From Candidatus Magasanikiibacteriota bacterium (lineage in GTDB: Bacteria > Patescibacteriota > Patescibacteriia > Magasanikbacterales > GWA2-37-8), in NCBI GenBank assembly GCA_963840935.1, contig CAWJAS010000001.1, positions 320,875-384,874 of the forward strand: a DNA stretch of 64,000 bases, written 5' to 3'. This document shows positions 58,568-64,000 of the stretch, piece after piece; the stretch's first letter is position 1; each line of letters begins with the position of its first letter. The notes under the pieces are model-generated. The model ran no database searches and was not told where the DNA came from. It saw only the letters and a program-made list of their open reading frames with translations. The position numbers were made by a program, and so were the translations under genes.

Positions 58568-61318
58568 ATGTCAATAATTACAAAAATATTCGGCGATCCA
58601 AACGCCAAAGTGCTCAAGGGGATTGAACCTATTGTTGCCAAAATAAATTCATTTGAATCGGCGATTTCTTCATTATCCGAAACAGATTTGAAGAATAAAA
58701 CCATTGAGTTTAGAGAACGACTGCAAAAAGGGGAGGCACTTGATGACATTTTGCCTGAAGCATTTGCCGTGGTCAGAGAAACTTCCAAGCGCTTGACCGG
58801 TATGCGTCATTTTGATGTTCAATTAATCGGCGGTATTGTGCTTCATCGCGGTCAAATTTCGGAAATGAGAACCGGTGAAGGAAAAACTTTGGTTGCCACT
58901 TTACCAATGTATTTAAACGCCCTCGAAGGAAAGGGCGCGCATTTGGTAACTGTAAACGATTATTTGGCCAAAAGAGACGCTGTTTGGATGGGTCAGATTT
59001 ATGACGCCCTTGGGTTAACAATCGGCATTATTCAACAACTTGGAGTTTCATACAAATACAACTCTCAAGTTCGTGCCGCGGTTCCAGATTCGGATTTGGC
59101 TGAAGGCGGGGCGATTGACACGGGAAGAGATGTCCAAGGAATGTATAAAATTGAATATGATTATTTGGAACCTTGTTCTCGCGCCGAAGCATACCATTGC
59201 GATATTACTTATGGAACAAACAATGAGTATGGTTTTGATTATTTGCGTGATAATATGATTGGTTCGCTTGGAGACATGGTTCAGCGTGACATGAACTACG
59301 CCATTGTTGATGAAGTTGACTCGATTTTAATTGATGAAGCCAGAACTCCTTTAATTATTTCCGCGCCCGCCGAAGAAGCAGCGGACATGTATTATAAATT
59401 CGCTGAATTAGTAGCTCGGCTTGAAGAAAATACTGACTACAACATTGATGAAAAAATGCGTTCGGCCACATTGTCGGAAGTCGGCATACAAAAAATGGAA
59501 AAGTGGCTTGATATTACAAATATTTACGCTGAAGGCGGAGTGGCAACTGTGCACCACATTGAACAAGCTTTGCGAGCCATGGCTTTATTTAAACGCGACA
59601 AAGATTATGTGGTTGAAGAAGGAGAAGTAATTATTGTTGATGAATTTACCGGACGTAAAATGCCCGGCCGTCGTTATAGTGAAGGATTGCATCAGGCGAT
59701 TGAGGCCAAAGAAAGAGTGGAAATTCAGCGCGAGAGCAGAACAATGGCAACGATAACTTTCCAAAATTATTTTAGAATGTATAAAAAATTATCCGGCATG
59801 ACCGGCACGGCTGTGACTGAGGCTGAGGAATTTGGGAAAATATATAATTTGGAAGTAGTGGTAATCCCGACCAACAAAGCACCGTGTCGCAAAGATCATT
59901 CAGACAGAATATATAAAACAGAAGAGGCAAAATATCAAGCCATTGCCAATAAGTGCAAAGAACTTCAAGAAAAAGGGCAACCGGCGCTTATTGGTACGAT
60001 TTCCGTTGAAAAAAACGAGCAATTATCAATTTTTTTGGAGCGTGAAGGGGTAAAACACGAAATTTTGAACGCAAAAAATCATGAACGAGAAGGAGAAATT
60101 ATCGCTCAAGCCGGCCGTCCGGGCGCGGTAACTCTTGCCACAAACATGGCCGGCCGAGGAGTTGATATTATTATGGGTGGTAATCCGCCGGACAAAGAAT
60201 TGGCGGATAAAGTCAAAGAAGCCGGTGGTCTTTTTGTAATCGGATCCGAGCGCCATGAGTCTCGACGAATTGACAATCAATTGCGGGGTCGAGCCGGGCG
60301 ACAGGGCGATCCGGGTGAATCTCAGTTTTTTCTTTCAACCGATGATGATTTAATGCGTATTTTTGCGGGCGATAGGATAAAGTCGGTAATGCAGACTTTG
60401 CGCGTTCCCGATGATATGCCGATTGAACAAAAATCCATTACAAAAATTATTGAGTCTTCTCAAAAAAAGGTTGAAGGTTATCATTTTGACATGCGTAAGC
60501 ACTTGATTGAATATGATGATGTTCTCAACAAACATCGCGAAGTTGTTTATGGCAAGCGAAAAAATATTTTGGAACAGTATGAAGCGGAAAAAAATGGCGC
60601 GACGCGCGAAGCCAGCCTAACATTGCGTCAGATGATTTATGAAATGATCGAAGCGGAAATCGAATCAGTGGTGTCATTTCATACTAATGCGGAAGATTTG
60701 GTTGAGTGGAATTTAAAAGAAATTATTGAAACAATGCAAACTATTTTTGCGTTGTCTGATGAAGAAAAGAATCAAATTATGGCTTTGGGTGGCAACGGGC
60801 ATTCCAAATTGGAATCAGTGGAAACTCGAACAAAAATAATTGAGTTTTTGACTGTTTTGGCTCAAAAGAAATATGAAAAATATTTGGTGGAAGCGGCCAA
60901 AGACAATTCTCTATTGCTTGAAATTGAAAAACAAATGCTTTTGCGTTCTATCGATAATTTATGGATTGATCATTTGGTGGCGATTGATTATTTGCGAACC
61001 GGAATAGGACTTCGCGGTTATGGCCAAAGAGATCCTTTGGTTGAATACAAAAAAGAAACTTATCGAATGTTTAATGAATTATTATCGTTAATTCAAAAAG
61101 AAGTGGTTTATTCAATTTATAAAGTCGGTATCGGCATTCAACTCGCACCGAGTGTGATGCAAAAAGGCAATTTGATTTTGCAGGGCGCCAAAAAGTCATC
61201 CGACGGTCAGGCGGTTGCCTCCGGCAAGCCACACGACAAAGAGGGTAATGAAGTCGGGAGAAACGATCCTTGTCCTTGTGGCAGTGGTCTAAAGTTCAAG
61301 AAGTGCCATGGTAAATAA
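58568..61318 (+). CDS. secA: Preprotein translocase ATPase SecA
   Basis: MRTGEGKT, DEVDSILIDEARTP, ATNMAGRG, GRNDPCPCGSG. Confidence 0.99.
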   Translation: MSIITKIFGDPNAKVLKGIEPIVAKINSFESAISSLSETDLKNKTIEFRERLQKGEALDDILPEAFAVVRETSKRLTGMRHFDVQLIGGIVLHRGQISEMRTGEGKTLVATLPMYLNALEGKGAHLVTVNDYLAKRDAVWMGQIYDALGLTIGIIQQLGVSYKYNSQVRAAVPDSDLAEGGAIDTGRDVQGMYKIEYDYLEPCSRAEAYHCDITYGTNNEYGFDYLRDNMIGSLGDMVQRDMNYAIVDEVDSILIDEARTPLIISAPAEEAADMYYKFAELVARLEENTDYNIDEKMRSATLSEVGIQKMEKWLDITNIYAEGGVATVHHIEQALRAMALFKRDKDYVVEEGEVIIVDEFTGRKMPGRRYSEGLHQAIEAKERVEIQRESRTMATITFQNYFRMYKKLSGMTGTAVTEAEEFGKIYNLEVVVIPTNKAPCRKDHSDRIYKTEEAKYQAIANKCKELQEKGQPALIGTISVEKNEQLSIFLEREGVKHEILNAKNHEREGEIIAQAGRPGAVTLATNMAGRGVDIIMGGNPPDKELADKVKEAGGLFVIGSERHESRRIDNQLRGRAGRQGDPGESQFFLSTDDDLMRIFAGDRIKSVMQTLRVPDDMPIEQKSITKIIESSQKKVEGYHFDMRKHLIEYDDVLNKHREVVYGKRKNILEQYEAEKNGATREASLTLRQMIYEMIEAEIESVVSFHTNAEDLVEWNLKEIIETMQTIFALSDEEKNQIMALGGNGHSKLESVETRTKIIEFLTVLAQKKYEKYLVEAAKDNSLLLEIEKQMLLRSIDNLWIDHLVAIDYLRTGIGLRGYGQRDPLVEYKKETYRMFNELLSLIQKEVVYSIYKVGIGIQLAPSVMQKGNLILQGAKKSSDGQAVASGKPHDKEGNEVGRNDPCPCGSGLKFKKCHGK

Positions 61319-61398
61319 TTTATGTAATTTTATTGTCCACTTGCAATTTTTTGGCCAATTTAGTAAGATTGGCGCACAAAATATCTAAATATTAATTT

Positions 61399-63462
61399 AT
61401 GGCTAAACAAAAGAATGTAACGAAAACAGTGACTCGTTCGCAAATAAAATGGCGAGTTGGCGGTATAGCCGCTTTGTTTGTAGTAAGTCTATTGTTAATT
61501 GTTCCGGGAATATTTAACAAGGGAATCAACGCAATTAACGACAAAATAATGTTGGGTTTGCCAAATTTGGCTGAAAAAGGCTTTAATTTGGGTCTTGATT
61601 TGCAAGGCGGTGCCCATTTGGTATATGTGGCAAAAACCGACAGCATTCCGCCGTCAGACAGGGTTGATTCCGTTGAAGGCGTGCGCGATGTGATTGAAAG
61701 GCGCGTCAGAGGCGGTTTGGGCGTGTCGGAACCGAATGTCCAGACCACCAAAGTGGGGGATGAATACAGGGTGATTGTTGAATTGCCGGGAATAGCCAAT
61801 GTTACAGAAGCAATCGACATGATTGGCGAAACTCCTGTTTTGGAATTTAAAGAAGAAAATTTGGAACCTCCGCGTGAATTAACGACCGAAGAGCAAAAAG
61901 AATTGGATGATTATAACGCGCAGGCAAATAATAAAATTAAAGAAGCTCAAAAAGAATTAAATAAACAAACTGATTTTATTTCTGTTGTTTCAAAATACAG
62001 TGAAGATGAAAAAAGTAAAAAAGAAGGCGGAAATTTGGGATATATCGATGAATATCAATATCCGGAAATTTATGAATGGGCAAAAAAGAATAAAATCGGA
62101 GCAGTTAGTTTAAAAGAAGTCATTGATTCGTCTGATGGTTTAAACTTATTAAAATTAATAGGCGAAAGAGATGGTGAAAAGCGCGTATCAGCCTCTCATC
62201 TTTTGATTTGTTATAGAGGAACCGACTTGTGCGATAATAATTTAACCAAGGAAGAAGCTTTGGCCAAAATAGAAGAATTAAAATCAAAAGCAACAGCCAA
62301 GAATTTTAGTGATTTGGTTAAAGAAAATTCCACTGAACCGGGAGCTTCGGAATTGGGCGGTGACTTGGGTACTTTTAGTAAAGGACAGATGATTGAAGCT
62401 TTTGAACAAGCGTCTTTTGATGGGCAGGTGGGAGAAATAATCGGTCCGGTTGAAACAAATTATGGTTTCCATTTGATTTATAAACAAAATGAAGAAATAC
62501 CAAAAGAATATGAAGTGTCTCGGATTTTTGTAAAAACAAAAAAAGAGACCGATATTTTACCTCCTCAGGATGAGTGGAAATTTACCGGCTTAACCGGTAA
62601 ACAGTTAAAAAAGGCTGAAGTACTGCAAGACCAAAGAAGCGGGCAAATTCAGGTAAGCCTGCAATTTGACGATGATGGTTCAAAATTATTTGCCGAAATT
62701 ACCGAAAGAAATGTAACGAAGCCGGTTGCTATCTTTTTGGATTCCGAACCGATCAGTGTCCCCACTGTGAATGAACCGATTCTTGACGGCAGTGCTGTTA
62801 TTTCGGGTGATTTCAAATGGGATGAAGCCAAACTTTTGGCGCAAAGATTGAATTCGGGTGCGTTGCCTGTTCCGGTGGAATTAATTAGTCAACAAAAAGT
62901 TGACGCTACTTTGGGTGCCGATTCACTACAATCAAGTTTTAAAGCCGGTATTATTGGTTTGATTTTAGTAATTATATTCATGATTGCATATTATCGCTTG
63001 CCGGGTTTAATTGCGGTATTTGCTTTGTTTGCTTATTCGGCTTTAACACTGGCTATCTTTAAAACGATTGGTGTGACGCTTACCTTATCTGGAATCGCCG
63101 GCTTTATTCTTTCTATCGGTTTGGCCGTTGACGCGAATATTTTGGTTTTTGAAAGATTGAAAGAAGAATTGCGTTTCGGGAAAAGTTTGCGTAGCGCCAC
63201 CGAAGAAGCTTTTGTGCGCGCTTGGACCTCGATTAGAGACAGTAATATTACCACTTTGATTTCATGTGTATTTTTGATATGGATGGGAACCGGTTTTGTG
63301 CAGGGATTTGCCACCACTTTATTTATCGGTATCATCGTCAGCATGTTCACAGCCGTGATTGTTACCAGAAACCTGATGCGCTGGGTATTTGGATTTTTCA
63401 AAACCGACCAGTCGAATTGGATGTTTTTGGGAAATAAAAAAACTGAAGAAACGAATAAATAA
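61399..63462 (+). CDS. secD: SecD with inserted parvulin-type PPIase domains
   Basis: LGLDLQGG, IVELPG, AIFLD, SGALP, AVDANILVFER; internal SASHLLI...GGDLG...GPVETNYGFHLI. Confidence 0.95.
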   Translation: MAKQKNVTKTVTRSQIKWRVGGIAALFVVSLLLIVPGIFNKGINAINDKIMLGLPNLAEKGFNLGLDLQGGAHLVYVAKTDSIPPSDRVDSVEGVRDVIERRVRGGLGVSEPNVQTTKVGDEYRVIVELPGIANVTEAIDMIGETPVLEFKEENLEPPRELTTEEQKELDDYNAQANNKIKEAQKELNKQTDFISVVSKYSEDEKSKKEGGNLGYIDEYQYPEIYEWAKKNKIGAVSLKEVIDSSDGLNLLKLIGERDGEKRVSASHLLICYRGTDLCDNNLTKEEALAKIEELKSKATAKNFSDLVKENSTEPGASELGGDLGTFSKGQMIEAFEQASFDGQVGEIIGPVETNYGFHLIYKQNEEIPKEYEVSRIFVKTKKETDILPPQDEWKFTGLTGKQLKKAEVLQDQRSGQIQVSLQFDDDGSKLFAEITERNVTKPVAIFLDSEPISVPTVNEPILDGSAVISGDFKWDEAKLLAQRLNSGALPVPVELISQQKVDATLGADSLQSSFKAGIIGLILVIIFMIAYYRLPGLIAVFALFAYSALTLAIFKTIGVTLTLSGIAGFILSIGLAVDANILVFERLKEELRFGKSLRSATEEAFVRAWTSIRDSNITTLISCVFLIWMGTGFVQGFATTLFIGIIVSMFTAVIVTRNLMRWVFGFFKTDQSNWMFLGNKKTEETNK

Positions 63463-63487
63463 TTAACGCATAAATGACAAAATATAT

Positions 63488-64000
63488 ATGATTCCATTTA
63501 TCAAATATTCAAAGATATGGTTTTCCATTAGCAGTGTGACGGTAATTTTGAGCATTTTTGTTTTGTTGATTTGGGGATTGAAGCCGGGCATTGATTTTAC
63601 CGGTGGGTCACTCATGGAAATAAATTTTTACAATTCTCGTCCGGAAAGCAGTGAAATTATCAGGGTGCTTGAAAACGCGGATATAAAAAATCTTACCCTG
63701 CAAAAAACAGGTGAAAAAGCTTTGATTATCAGGTCGTCTCTTCTGACTGAGGACGCTCATCAAAATACTCTTGACGCAATAAAAAAAGAATTTGAAAAAG
63801 ACGGCAATCATATTATTGAATCCAGATTTGAGATGATTGGTCCCACAGTCAGCCAACAGCTTCGCCAACGTTCAGCTTGGGCCATTATTTTGGTTTGTCT
63901 TGGTATTATCGGGTATGTTGCGTATGCTTTTCGCTCTGTTTCAAGGCCGATTGCCAGTTGGAAATATGGCGCTTTGGCAATCGTGGCTTTAATTCACGAT
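63488..64000 (+). CDS. secF: SecF (runs off the window end)
   Basis: Hand translation MIPFIKYSKIWF...GLKPGIDFTGGSLMEI...IGPTVSQQL. Confidence 0.95.
   Translation, partial: MIPFIKYSKIWFSISSVTVILSIFVLLIWGLKPGIDFTGGSLMEINFYNSRPESSEIIRVLENADIKNLTLQKTGEKALIIRSSLLTEDAHQNTLDAIKKEFEKDGNHIIESRFEMIGPTVSQQLRQRSAWAIILVCLGIIGYVAYAFRSVSRPIASWKYGALAIVALIHD

Noticed and set aside
1-64000. Alternative genetic code (TGA=Gly, code 25)
   Set aside because: Conserved genes are uninterrupted in code 11, and TGA ends genes such as pyrH and korB at expected positions.

Overview
This is a 64-kb chromosomal segment in standard code 11. It is most consistent with a Patescibacteria/CPR genome, probably Parcubacteria/ABY1 (inferred from archaeal-type PyrH, short AspRS, truncated Rel, AT-rich starts mostly lacking SD motifs, and the surface-protein C-terminal domain). 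Most of it is housekeeping. Translation genes: prfA, prmC, rpsB, tsf, rpmE, rpmB, rplJ/L, aspS, valS, tyrS, argS and tRNA-Leu. Lower glycolysis: gap, pgk, eno and two gpmI. Also scpAB and secA/D/F, plus a fermentative operon (short NuoF/HydB-like subunit, membrane protein, [FeFe]-hydrogenase, 2-oxoacid:ferredoxin oxidoreductase, ADP-forming acyl-CoA synthetase). Notable signals: (1) five unrelated, dispersed orphan genes share one layout of sigma70 promoter, boxA-like element, strong Shine-Dalgarno, ORF and terminator; two of them are a divergent RelA/SpoT-synthetase-like protein and a possible DGR-target-like protein. (2) A ~130-nt 6S-like RNA has its own promoter and terminator. (3) Several families of small palindromic elements occur nested in one another, next to a tRNA 3' duplication, and in-frame inside an rRNA methyltransferase gene. 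(4) SecD carries two parvulin PPIase domains. No CRISPR array, integrase, transposase or reverse transcriptase was seen.
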